A DNA stretch of 64,000 bases from Botryllus schlosseri (taxonomy: Eukaryota). The notes beneath the pieces are model-generated. The model saw only the letters and a list, made by a program, of their open reading frames with translations, did not search any database and was not told the DNA's origin. Position 1 is the first letter of the stretch, and every line of letters begins with the position of its first letter. The stretch spans positions 8,804,001 to 8,868,000 of the forward strand of contig CM119381.1 of assembly GCA_051294905.1 (NCBI GenBank). Direction: 5' to 3'. Position numbers and translations under genes: made by a program. Positions 39,701-53,400 of the stretch are shown here, piece by piece.

Positions 39701-40073
39701 ATATATTTCACTATGTTTTACCTGAATCTGACTGGCGATTTATTTTCTCTTTATATGGTCCCGTATTTCTGCGTTGAAAGGATTATATTTGCTAGTTAAA
39801 TCACGATCGTATTCACGAGGCTATTTCAATGTCTTCGACTCATTTCCAGCAAATCAGCGTCAAATTAATTTTTGATTAATTAGCAATTTTCTGACCTAAA
39901 CTCGATCACAGGCCTTTATGAAGATGTAAACCCGTGAAATAAGCATCACTTTCCCTTCAGACATGCCTGGAACACGATTTTTGGTCATAGCGCAGTGTCG
40001 AAATTAGCCACCGTAAATACTATTATTTAAGAATGGACGCCTTTATTGGTCGGAATCGACCTAAATCTGGTGT
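36778..40073. repeat. Long inverted repeat pair (arms about 36778-37112 and 39765-40073)
   Basis: caccaaatttggatcgattccgacc...atttacggtggctaatttcgac...gcttatttcacgggtttac... is matched in reverse complement by 39765-40073. Confidence 0.75.
37375..38848. mobile_element. Non-autonomous hAT-Charlie-like element with a nested MITE (37516-37829)
   Basis: TIR CAGGGGTTCTCAAC...GTTGAGAACCCCT; TSD ccctagga/ccctaggg with a CTAG core; subterminal cggcccg motifs. Confidence 0.8.
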
Positions 40074-43000
40074 GCATCGTTTTGTTATGCATATCCTGAC
40101 AATTATATCATTAAACAAGTGAGATTTGAAAAGAAAAACAGTTATTTTTGAACAACCCTAGTGTTCACGTTCGCATTCACATAGAACAGGGGTGGCAAAC
40201 CTGCGGCCGTAGAAGAAAATTTGCACGGCCGTCCACGCGCGATTCAATGCAACTTCATTTTTCTGTTTCAATATAGTAGCACCCTTTGCAATCTGAGCTC
40301 CGCAGTATATAGATGCGAACAGCAGAGGGAAATGATGCGTCGGATATAGAAATAACAAGTTGGAATCGTGTGCTCCCAACGAAAGAAATTTGTTTCTGGT
40401 ACGTTTGGCGGATTCTAATATCTTAATTCCACTATAAAGACAATCCTGATGGGAGGTAAAGAAATAACAGTGTGCAACTAATGAAATGACTAATAACAAT
40501 TGGCCCACCCGAAGATGCATCATATATAACTTGCCCTAAATTTTCGAAAACACCCCCTCCATCAACTCTATTGGTGAATCTGATCACGTGGACTGGAAAA
40601 TGATAAATAGCTGATAGCAAAATGTGTAACTACTAATATTAATGACGCAATTCATTCGTGAATCTGAGAAAACTTTCGCGCATGGCGCGACCGCAACCTA
40701 TCCCAGTAATTATTCATAACATGACCATCACTCGCGATTTCGGTGCCTATGTGTAAGCTGGTATGAAAAGGTAGATTAGTCCAGACTCCGGAGTTTACCG
40801 GAAATGGACATGTACGGACAGTTTAACATGGGTATTTGGCGCCCAGTTATTTCATTACGGCTATGCCCTCGAATTCGGCCGAAGGCTGCATAAGTCATCG
40901 GAAAGCCGCCGTGAATAGCAAAAGGGTTCGTCACCCCTGACATAGAGCCTTTCGAAAAGGTTCGCATTCACGCGAACTAGGGCCTTTCAGGTGTTCCCAC
41001 CACCCTTCAATTTTTGATAAATCGACAACTACCAATAAATCTAACATGCCAATAACCTAAACATTATATGCTACATATTTTCTTGTATTGAAACATTATA
41101 AATTTCTTATGCACTCGCAAACTGCTAGCATACTGAACTACATCAATCAATGATGTATACTATTTTCACATTCATACTTATTACACTTACTTAGTATTTA
41201 GTTTATTTTGCATTATTCCATGACCGTGTCGTTACAAAACCAATTACTTTAGTTTTAGAATATAGATGCGACGTTTACCGAGCAAGAATAACATATATTT
41301 TGCACGTGACAGTCATGAGTTGATGAGTGGCTAGTCCTGAAAATTACGAATCGTGAAAATCGCAATTGAATTGGTACCCAGCATATTTTTGACCTTCTGT
41401 ACTGCCTTATGTTTGGCGACAAGCGATCTGCTAGAGGAGGATTATATTTCTCAATTGAATTATATCCTCATGATATCCGTTGAGTGCCGTCTGTAGCATT
41501 CCATTTTGCCAAAGCGCAAAGGTAACTATACGCAGTTCAAGGTTGAATGACCATCGAATTTCCACTTGCTAAGGAGCTAAGCTATCTTATCGAGTCATGA
41601 CTTCGAGGCACAGTTCGCTATCGTTGAAATTGCACGCTATAGCAGCATCATTAACTAGTTGATGGCTATCGCTGCAAACAAACGATATAGCGATGTTACA
41701 AAATTGCTCTATCGCAAACAAACATGCTACGTCGGACAATAGCAACATCAAAGACTCAGATTACGGCCAAAGCATCGAAATAGGCTACTTTCCGGTCCCT
41801 CCAATAAAATGATGAATTTAGTGACAGTGACTATGCAGTGGAGATGAAGTTTCTGAAATTTGATCCATTTGTGATGCGCTTCAAGAAGCTAGTCGTCTGG
41901 AAAATTCAGCCTAACTAACATCCAATGATTTCAAGCGCATTCCTTGAACGCGCTGGTTGTAGTAACAGGTTAAGTGGTAAAGTGATACCAAAATCAACCT
42001 GTATTTTGTATCGAGGCTTGAGGATCATCACCCTGAAACCTATAAGATGAGCGCCGTTTTGGAAGTGAAGCTGTAATTTCCCCCTGTCCCATTACAGAAA
42101 ATTATACTGATATGCATTATAATGTCCAATTTCTATACGTCTTTTTAGGGATTGCCTTATTGCCTTATATCTGTATAGAATGGACGCAAAAGTTGAGGAT
42201 GAATTAACCGCCGTAAAACGAAGACAGCGGAAAAGGACTCCATGGAGGCGCATCTATTCATGTATAGAACCTGCGAGTTTGCTGTACCCAGGATATAGAG
42301 TTAATCCAGGTACGTATGGCAGCAAAGATACAGCTCTTTATTAGCTCTTTTGTGTCTGTCAGTCGGGATTTATAAGTCACAGCTCGGCTCTCCTGAAGGA
42401 ATTTCCGATGTGACCCGCGAACGGCGGAGGCAAATCATCATGCAACCGTTCATTTCCGCGATGCGTAATAGTAGGCCTATAGTAAATATCACAGTGTCGA
42501 CTGTACGTGTACGTGATCGCGGCATCTGACTATAGATAACTAACCTACGTAGGTTAGTTATCTATAATCTGACGCAGTGCGACTAGAGATATGTGACCGC
42601 TCGAGCAGCCCCAGTCTTCACGTAAATAATCCTCACCATGCGAACTCCAGAAGGATATTAGCTGCTTATTAGAGCGGCCTCTCATCAATTTTTTATATTG
42701 GTGAATGTTTCTGTTTCCAAACTTACATGAACAGATTGTCGACGCTTTATTGAAATATAGAACATGTAACGTATATTTAATTTGAACGATGCCGCGATGA
42801 ATAAAATACGATGCCACGGATATCGAACAATTGTAGCGGAGCTCTACAATGTCGTCGATAGGCTATGCGCGATATAGTGTGACTAGATTTATTGATTTTG
42901 GTATGCATACCCTCTACAAAAATAGAAATGAAAAAACGAGTCGGACTGTATTCACAATTACGAGAGAATGCTGTATATTCCTAGTATCTCTTGATGCCAT

Positions 43001-44449
43001 TGGATGTCGTTATGAGATGCTTCGGACAAGGGGTTGTGCACTGTGCAGTCTGCATGTCCGCATCTAATAGGCGCTGGCATTTAGGCGCCATCCATACCCG
43101 CGCCAGGATGTACCAAGACACACGAAGTCTCGACCATCATCATGCAACTCCGTGATAGTCGCCTTCTGGAAAAATCGGCGTCGATTAAACCTTGCCCCAA
43201 ATTGATCGACGCATGTTGGCCGAAATCCAGAGGTGGTCAAAGTAGCCAAGAAAGCTACACAGATAAAAGTAGAAATAGCGACGTAAAAATCTACTCAAGT
43301 ACGGGTAGAGCAAACCAAAACCAAAACTACTCAAGTAGAAGTAGAATTGACAGGCTTTGGATCTACTCAAGTAAGTAAGTAGTAGTAGTGAAAATCAGTC
43401 GTAAATACGCTCTCATGGACCGTCAGAAGCAGGAAACAGTTCCGCGGAAGATGGGGAGAACTGGGTTCGTGTCCATACTCTCAGCGAAAATAGTGTGAAT
43501 TCACATTCAAACCCAACGGGCGGTAGCCAATACACGAGAATATAACCTGGCCCAGGATTATATCGCGGTTATAAATCCTATACGTGCCTACTTGCAGACA
43601 TTCCCACGTTTACGTACAAGCATTATTTGTATTAAAATATTGTATTTAATTTATACCGCGGGGACCGAGGTATACTGAGGTAATTTTTAGTTTCGCTTAC
43701 CGTGGGTTTTTGTTCACACCCATCACGGCTGGTACAAGGGTGTAAATGCGCCATATTTTCGAAAAGAGTCCAGGAGATATATTATTTCCACAGCAAAAAA
43801 ATCGAGTGCATCATGAGATAGAAAAGATAGTTTTGTGAAGAACAACGGTTCTTAACATATTTTATCCTGGCGCCCCGTTTCCGGAAATATCATGGAATGG
43901 CGCCTTCCCGTATTATAGATCCCATAGTTAAGTTAAGTACGAAAAACCTGCATTAACGCTTTGTGCGATTAGTTCGCTGACTAAAAATCGTGAAATAGCC
44001 TACTATTCACATTTAGTTTTCATTCCGGGAAATAGAGGCAATATTGTACTTAGTTTTAAGCTGCTGCATATATGGCGTCAAGACAAAAGAACTCACGTTA
44101 AATGGAACTCAAAGTGACGATACATGTTTAAAAATATATGCAAATAAGGCGATTTTGGGGGGATGGTGCCCGTAGTAAGGAGGAAGGTAACAGAATAATT
44201 CAATAAATACCGATTGATACCATTGATACCCTTTCCGCTGTTTGCGTCGTCCTACTTCTGACATTCTGGATTTATAGAAAATGGCAGCAACAAAGACGAA
44301 ACCGCGACACAAATTGAACCTGAAATTTACATTGCGGCTGTTATGAAGCTGTAAAATTTTTATGTGACAGCGTCTTTTCGCAGCAAAAATCCCAAGACTC
44401 ACACTGGATAACGCCCACCCACGGCCTTATAGTGATTACGTTGCACTAA

Positions 44450-47400
44450 ATGTTCATTATTGAACAAATGAACATTTGTGTACTTGAAGAGGGGTCAGCT
44501 AAAATGCATTTCGAAATCAGCCTACAGAGCAAGAAAGGTTGCCGACGCATGTGCCAGAGTACCCCTGCGTCACTCATGTTGAAGTTCTTGATGATTATTT
44601 GTCCGTCTTTTTCAGAATGGGATGCCACATTCAGCAAGATACAAAGAGACTTCCCAACTGGTTCTGTTGAAAACCTATCCTCAACCAGAACACCTAACGC
44701 CAACGGAAATCCGAATTCCAGAATGCAAGCGACAAAAAATGCGTCAGTGGCAAACCACGGCTTTGATTTCAGAACGTTGCAAAACGGAAAATCTGTGAAC
44801 ACGGGATATCTTCAAAGAATTCGACAATCAGATTTCCTTATGCCGAAAGGGGGTACCACGTTAGCAACTAGGAAAAAGACCAATAATTCGGATGCCGGGA
44901 GGCGAAGACGACACACCGTGTCTAGAATCGAATTGTCCAGCGTAATTACACCGATTGTAGAAACAGACAAGGAAGGGTTCATGCAGGTGCGTACACACCG
45001 TGTTTAGAATCGAATTGTCCAGCGTAATTACACCGATTGTAGAAACAGACAAGGAAGGGTTCATGCAGGTGCGTATAGTATACGGGCTGGACGGACAATC
45101 CGATATCACACTTCCTCCAACTTAGCCGACTGTTCGCTGAGTGTTACATCATGTCTACTGCTGATGCATTATTACGCAATTGAGAAACGATGATTATGTA
45201 GGTAGTGAATAGTAGTAATAATTTTATCCCTTGTCGTCCCAACCACTATTAGTCTCACTTATATCATGCACTTTGTATAGAAACTTGTAGGTAGGGCTGG
45301 GCATAATGATTCGAGTACTCGAATCTGAATCGAGTATTAATTCTAATGATTCGAGTCGAGTAGTAAAAGACAAATTTTTCGAGTACTGAAAATATACGCT
45401 CCTCGCAACTGAAAGTTAATTTACTAACGAGAATTATAGTGTTGATACTATTTTCCACTGAGGAAGCCTTGAAACCTTGATTGGCCGTGTCGCACCATAC
45501 CAGACATAGTATAAAGCGACGACATAAAAGCAGCCACGGCATAAAAAGTACATATTTGAACTTCGACATAGTACATTCTGTTGTGACGTCATAATGAGTA
45601 ATACTCGATTACTCGACTCGACTCGAAGCATATTACGTGATTCAGAATCGAATCACTCAGGTACTCGATTTTGCCCAGCCCTACTTGTAGGTTATTCTGC
45701 TATATAGGTTGTATTAGGGTTGCCATACGTCCGGAATTTCACTGTTGAAACTAGCGTCCGGGAGGAATTTCTAAAATATGCCAAATGTCCGGAATTTTGA
45801 CGTAGGCTCATAATTTTCTCGTAAATCAGCATAAAAGCAATATCTTTTGGGAATATTTATGCTGATGCATGATATTTTTCTTCGCGCCGCGCGCGATTTA
45901 TTGTCACATTTATTGATTTTAATATGGAGACTACCACCCTCGTAAATATAAATATAAAAACATTCATTTACCGGAATAAGTCTAATTGCAATCGCAATTA
46001 TAGGAGGACGGTATATTCCTAGAGATCGTTAAGGCCGTTTAAATGCTTTATTCAAAGATAGTGGTTCAAAACATGAGGTCGCTTACCTTTATTCTGGGGT
46101 TTGCGACTATATGTTGAACGTAATCAGCTTCCAAAATAGCCCGTGAGTCAGTCTGGGCAAAGGCGCTGACTTATTTTAATCAGCTCGTCAAATTTTGATC
46201 TGGACCACGGTACATATTTAAATTGGAGATGGAGTCGCGACCATAAAAGGTTGGAAACCTCTGGATGTGGGGTGTTTATAAGCTCCGTGTTGCGCACCGG
46301 CATAAGGCTGATAAACTTCCTTATCGGTAGGACATGAACATGACTTAACGATGTACAATTACGCTCCCTGTATTTTCGAACTCATCCTCCTCCATGACCC
46401 GCTCTACCGCTAACTCTGATCATGTGGGCGGAGAGTAGTAGTAATACATGGAACGACCAATATTATTGACAGAATTCATTCAAATAATTTAACGACCAGA
46501 GGCATATAGAAACCAGATTCATATAGCAAGACCCCCCAACCATAAGTTGCATCGATTACCCAATAGTGTGGGCTCAAAATCATTGTTTATTTGGGCGGGA
46601 AGTAGCTGAAAACATGTGCTTTCGGTCCCGGTTACACAACACACAGCCACATACTCCTGAACCGGATCGTGACCATACCTCTGGTCTATGAGCAAAGCTT
46701 TGCTAGAGTGACGTCATAACTCATTTTAAATCCACTTGTGGGCGCTAAAGAGTGTCCGGAATTTGGGTTGCTGAAATATGGTAACCCTAGTTGTATACAA
46801 AGTCCATTCACTAAGCAGCCAGCACTTTCACGCTGCCTTATTGAATTGACCTTTCACCCCGAATATTCCGCAGCGATTCTCACAATACAGAACACATTGT
46901 AATACTTCCCACGGGTCAAATGCCGATTTTCATATTCCGGTCTTGTAAGTGTCAGAACTAATCGATTGGTTCAAGTAGATCCAAATACATGTGGTTACGT
47001 AACGCTTGGAGATCGAAATATAATGTCAATCGAGGGTATTTTCTCATTAGGTGACGAAGGATGCAGGTGTCAAAAGTGAAGTTGATAAAAACCAGAGACA
47101 AATGCGTGCGCCACTTAATGACGATGTATATTCTGCCGGCGGAGACAACAGCTATGGTAAGACATTCCGGCCATTCCCGAAGGGAACCGTCCATTTTAAA
47201 ATGCCCTCTATAGTTCTTGCGTCAGTTTATACAGAGTTAGTTGTAGCAGTTTGGGCACGACTGTAGACTTTACTTTACGTGGTATGTAATGAAATTAACG
47301 CAGGTATAGTGAGTTGTACTTTCGATATCCAAATAGTATACTTTCTGCAGAGTTCTTTTTTTCGATCTGAAGCGTTCCATAGTAATAGATTTTGCGGGAC

Positions 47401-50400
47401 CGCTAGCTTTAGGAAAGAGTCATCGATCGAATACGGAACCTCGTGTTGCGTAACAAACGGTTGTATTTGTGTGAAGATCGGATTGCATTGGGAAGGTCAA
47501 ATAAGGAACCAAAATCAATTGTGCGTAATCCCTAGTGCAATCCACCTGTGGGTTATCCCAATGACTGATTTCCCGCCTAATTAGTCAGAGAATGATAGTG
47601 ATTGGAAGCCACTCACCTTCGACAGTAGCAGATGCAATAAGCTTTTATAATGACATCGGTCATCAAACACGCATTCTGCATCATCATTTCGTTCTGGGCT
47701 CCGACTAGCGGGCAGTGCCAGTATATTGCGACAAACATTTGTCTATGGTCAGTGGTCACGCCGTATATCTGGGTGTATAATTAATAGCTGTAGTAGTTTT
47801 AACTGCTGTGACATAGCTCAACTACATGGTATGTGTACAAAACTCCGGTGCCTAAATGCTATAACCGTAGCTCTGCCACGTATATCATTCACCACAGCTG
47901 CTATTATACTTGTTAAATATAAGGAAAGTTGGTATAAAGTTTTATGTTCATCCAGGCCATTCACGAAGTATGTAATTCCAAAGCTGTGTTGTCACATGCT
48001 GAACTCGCAAATTGCTTTTGTTGTAAAATGAATGTACAATTGGACATTTGCACGATCTACATTTAGTCGTGCATTCGACGTATGTATACGAGATTCCAAT
48101 GAGCATATATTGCATGTATGTATTTTTTCACCAGTCGTAAATGAAACAGAAATGAGCATGAACAGTGAAACAGGATACATAAATTTTCAATTGTAGGTCA
48201 TATCGCGACCAGGACGGGAAATGCCGTACACGTCATCTCACTCCCGAAAATATTACCTATTGTTGTCGTGTACTGGACGGATTTGAAGTTGTATAACAAT
48301 TCATATAATAACATATCACTATAACATATCACTATATTTTTCTAACGAATGATACGGAATGAAGTTCGAAACATTTGCAATATATCCGAAACTAGTCCCC
48401 CCCCCCCCTTATCGTCATATCACAAAATCCAACCGGGATTCTAGCAACCCCAACAGATTGTTTGATGACATGGAATGTTATGACGGTTGATGAGAGAATC
48501 CAAAAATATGAAATTCGGTCTATATATAGAGACACACGTGTGAATGGACGGAGGTAAATCGCGCAAAGTGCGAATTTTTTTTCAAGTTGACCGCTTCTTC
48601 GCGCCCCCCCCTCCAGGTTGAGAACCAGTGCATTAGAATAACAATATCAGTTTCAGCGCGTTCCTGTAGTTTTGCTTCGACATTTGTACTGTCGTGTGCC
48701 GTGAAATGCGCTGGGTAACTATTAAATATGCAAGTTTCGAAATTATAGTCATTATAGTCATTAAAGCATCACGATTTCGGGTCCCAGAGATCAAGATTTG
48801 GGTCGCAGCAAAAAGGTGAAGAACCACTGCTGGATCTGTGATTGGTCCTGGCTATACCAGAACTATCAATATCAACTAATCGTATGCCTTGTTGTCTAGT
48901 TACATCGAATTCGTTTAGCTTGGTTGGTAGACCGGCAGATATTGGTAGACTTAATTGCATAGCCATACCCGGCTTTAGTAGCTATACTATGATATTCCTT
49001 ACCAATCGATATTGTAATCTATAGTTCTTTAACTAGAATTGCGGGATTGATTTTCATGCTTCAACGAAGCTTGATTTAGTTTTCCTATATAACGGGGATT
49101 TGTCAGTGCCTTGACATATATCGCCTGCAATAGTCACTCTTACCATATGCAGATAATGGATCAAAGATTGTTGACGTGATGAAGAACAACAATTGTGACT
49201 TTACAACTGCCATTGGCGATAGGCAATCTACAACGCCAAAACCAGCTACTGGGAGCTGTCGTGATGCTAATCAGTGCCGTGCGTTCAAAAGCGAATCAAA
49301 CGCGGTTGATATTCAAAGTATCGTCAATGATCTAGTAGATAAGACGGTTTGCAAGCTAAGTTTGGAGAAACCACCTCGGGTGGCGAGGTACCGAAAATCA
49401 CCGACTCTGGGAATATACAGCGACTTGTGCACCCGAAGGGAATCGGAACCCAGCGTAAGGTTATCGCAGACTGACAAATTGAGGCTACACCAAAGCGGTT
49501 GCAAGAAGCACGAAGCAATATCCGAGAATCCTGTCGAAGATGGGGGCTTGAAGAAATTTTACAAACTCGCGTCTTTGACGCTGGAAAAGAATTCAAGTTC
49601 GGAGCCGAAGATCGCCGACTTCGCTGCGCTTCTGCAAGCAAAAGGCATCTGGCTTTCTGACCCGAGACTCAAGGAGACTCTTCGTGTTATCAAAAAAGAG
49701 CCGAAGAAGGAGGAAACCGAGCTCACGGAAGACGTTTTTAAAAGGTGAACTAAATACATATTTGAAACAGAGATTGATATTCGTCCAAAAATATCTTTCA
49801 CGTTGTATGGAAAATCCGGTAAATACCAACAGATAATTTTGAAATATCTGAATACTGCTGTAGCTGCCGTTAATGTTTTATGACAAATATCAAATATCGA
49901 CGGCAAACTAAATACTTATTTGAAACAATCAGTTCACATACCGTATGGAAATGCGGTAGATACCCACAGACAATTTTGTAAAATATCTAAATGGTGCTGC
50001 ACCGCTAATGTTTTATGACAAAGATCATATGTAGACTTACCTACAGCAAAATAAAAAAAACTTGAGTATATACCGTATATATTTTTGTCCTTGATGTATG
50101 TTTTTGTGGCATACCCCGAGTCATCATACACATACTAGTGCGGAGCGGATCGACAAATTCTCTGGTCCGGCTCCGGTCGTATCAGGAAAAGTACTGATCC
50201 GGCTCCAATCCGACTCCGGCCAAAAATGAAAAAGTTCGACCCTACACGGTACGGGGGTTCCGTGAATTGATAAATATGCCTCGCTTATGTTCGCACTGGC
50301 TTGGCGTTTACTTGCGTGTGGTTGGTTGGTAGTTATTTAGTTATGAAATTCATGCTTATCCATAAAGATTCCGGCCGTAACAGAAAAAGTACTGATCCGG

Positions 50401-53400
50401 CTCCGATCCGGTCCGGCTAAAATTGTAAAATTCCGGCCGGATATCCAATCCGGCTCCGGTCCATGCTCCGCACTAATACATACATGTGATCTGTTTTCTG
50501 CGAGTCAGTTTGAACTAATAGCATTTAGAGCAGGGGCGGGCAACATACGGCGCGCGACGGGATTTTGTCTGGCCCACGGACACTCTCCCGTCCTACATGA
50601 TAATGTGGCCCACGTTTCCAGTGTTATGCTGTCAATAGAAACGATGCTCACCAAATTTGGTTCAATTGCAACCACTGGAAGTGGAGTTATTGCCGTCGAA
50701 AAATTTGGATTATGATTAAAATAGTATTCACGGTGACCGATTCTTTGTTTATTTAATATACTGGTGCTCACCGTAAATACTATTTTATTCAAATCAAAAT
50801 TTTTCGACGGCAATAACTCCGCTTCCACTGGTTGGAATTGAACCAAATTTGGTGAGGACCGTTTCTATAGACAGCCTAACACTTTCATGGGGTGAACAGA
50901 AAATTTTCAAATTTTTTATTATTTATTTATATATAATAAATAGAAACTTTATTCTCCTGTAGCAAAGCGGTTACTGGCTGGAATTGAACCAAATTTTGTG
51001 CGTAGGCTTAAATTAGGTAACCTAACAATTTTATCAAGTAGCCAGTACGATTTGAGAAAAAAAGTCAGTTTTGAAGAGCCCTAATGAGCATTCATGATAA
51101 TATCCTTATATCATGTCCAAAGTCTAATCCGGTTTCGTGAACCGTAGTACCATCCAAATTCAAGGTATATATTCAAATCTGGATTTCCAAGTTCAATGTA
51201 AGTCGATGCTAATGCATATCACCCTGTTAATATATTGCGAAAACATGAATGTACTTAATCCAACTGGAACGTGTTGTCTTTATTATACATATATGATTCG
51301 CCTTCTATTGTAGGATTTGCACGCCTGCAAGTCAATTGGTTCGGCGCTTGCTGTTGAGTCAACTGACTATACCCGGATTTCAAGTGTTCCGAAAAGGAAT
51401 GGCGAAGATTTACCAAAGCATTGTCACAGAGCTGACGGCAATGGTATTGTGATTACACTAATTAGCTTAGTCCTACAGCCTGTATAGGCCAGGTATACGC
51501 AGTTGGTATGACTGAAAATTTCAATATGCGCCATGAATTGCTGTTTAGCAACGCACAGTTTTTGACATTGTGTTTTGGTGGTAAGGAGAGCGCATCTCTT
51601 GTCGCGTTTGAACTACAGGTCGACCGATTATCGACCAGGCCGATATGAGGAGCTTTTCCGATATCGCGACTGATATTTTATATATTAAAAAATTCAAAAA
51701 TATTGGAAATTCAATGCTTCGTGTTCTCAATCTCAAGAAATCGACGACGCAAAAGGCGATACGTGACAAATTTACCCTTGCAGGGCGAGTTTAACTGGGT
51801 GAGCAACTGAGCATGCAGAGAAAATATGATTCCTGCAGTACAATCTACCTCTACAGGCCTGACCTACAATTCTGTATCACGTTTTTCTTTTTGGGTTATC
51901 CCAAATTTCAATGAATGCGCACAATTAAGCAATAATTCTTTTTAATTTCAGTTTTCTTGTTTGTTGTTCAAATTTCTGTTGCATGTACAAGTGCCATCTT
52001 GACTAATACATAATATTTTTGCCGAAATGGTTCCCTGCTCCTTCCATATTAATATCGGCCTATGATATCAGTTATCGGCCTTGTGAGTGTGCCGATAATA
52101 GGTATCGGTCTGCAATAATCTGTCGACCTCTAATTCGAACTGGAGACGTTCCGTACAACCGCAAGAGCGAAGATCTATGTCCCCGTTCCGTGGTATGTGG
52201 CAACAACACCAGCGACGTCTTCAAAGCCGCTGTTGCCTGTTGGAGGTCTTTCTTTTGGCACGCCAACCCCAAGGGCGCCCAGATTAAATCGATGGTTGCA
52301 AACTTTGACCCACAAAAATATAGGCTCCATATTTGAACTTTTAAGGTCATAATTATCATTATTGTTACTACGTCATAATAGAGGGCTCTCGAATGCACGA
52401 CTCGACTCGAAGTTTAGTAGGCCTATAGACTCGGAATCGACTCACAGACGAATTACTCGATTTCTCCCAACCAATCGAAAGTTGACTTCGTTATCTGAGG
52501 TTGAGCTGAAACGGCAACTCTCGTCTAAGATGGATATTGAGACGACATCGCGACCAATTTTCGAAAGTTCCGTGAACCACTTACGGCAGGGGCGGCCATC
52601 CTATAGCCCGCGAGAAGATTTTGAGTGGCCCGCGAGATAATTCTCGAAGTTAGTATTAATATCACATAATAAATTTCTCCGGCACTTTACTTTGAACTTC
52701 CAAGACCAACCAAAATTTGATCAGCCTGATTTCGAAATTTGGGATGTTGATGACTTAAATACCAGTTCCAACGCGTTCGCGCAGCCAGGGGCCAGCAACC
52801 TTTCTCGTAGATCTCCCTATATGACCACAAAGTAGATTTGTCGTTGTAGATTTATTTGACTTGATATTTTTCTTAGCACTTCGCGCGATATTGTCACTCA
52901 ATTTCTTGAATTTAGTACCACTTCCAGAGTGGCCCGCGCTATGGTTCGCAAATCTCATATGGCCCTTTGGCCGAAAAGGTTGGCCGCTCCTGACCTACGG
53001 GTTAAGAACAAGTTGGTTGAACAGTGTGCTATTCGAGTAGTATTGGATTTCGGTATCAACTTTGCTATAAAATCTGTGCAACACCAACAGCGGGGTTTGG
53101 TACAGAATCCACTATATCAATCAGCCAAATAGTATTTTTTTCATCTGTCAAACGAAAAGGAACCTACAATCAAGCACTCCGGCTATGATTCGTCGTCTAA
53201 TTACATCGACTTTATGCAAAGCAGAAGATCGGACAAGTCGAAATCTGTTAGCATGTCAGTATGCACTGTCGATGGTCAACGCTTGTCTTACGGAGATCAA
53301 GGTAAGAAGATTAAGTTTGTAAAGTGACGAAATCGCATGTGCATAAGCCTCGTGTTTACGATACATAGCTACCCTCCATTCCCTTGATTCGTGTGCCGCC

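Noticed and set aside
40150-44400. Additional protein-coding gene in the 40-44 kb interval
   Set aside because: Only short ORFs without recognisable motifs and MITE remnants are present. Non-coding 5' exons of the GLS-like gene cannot be excluded.
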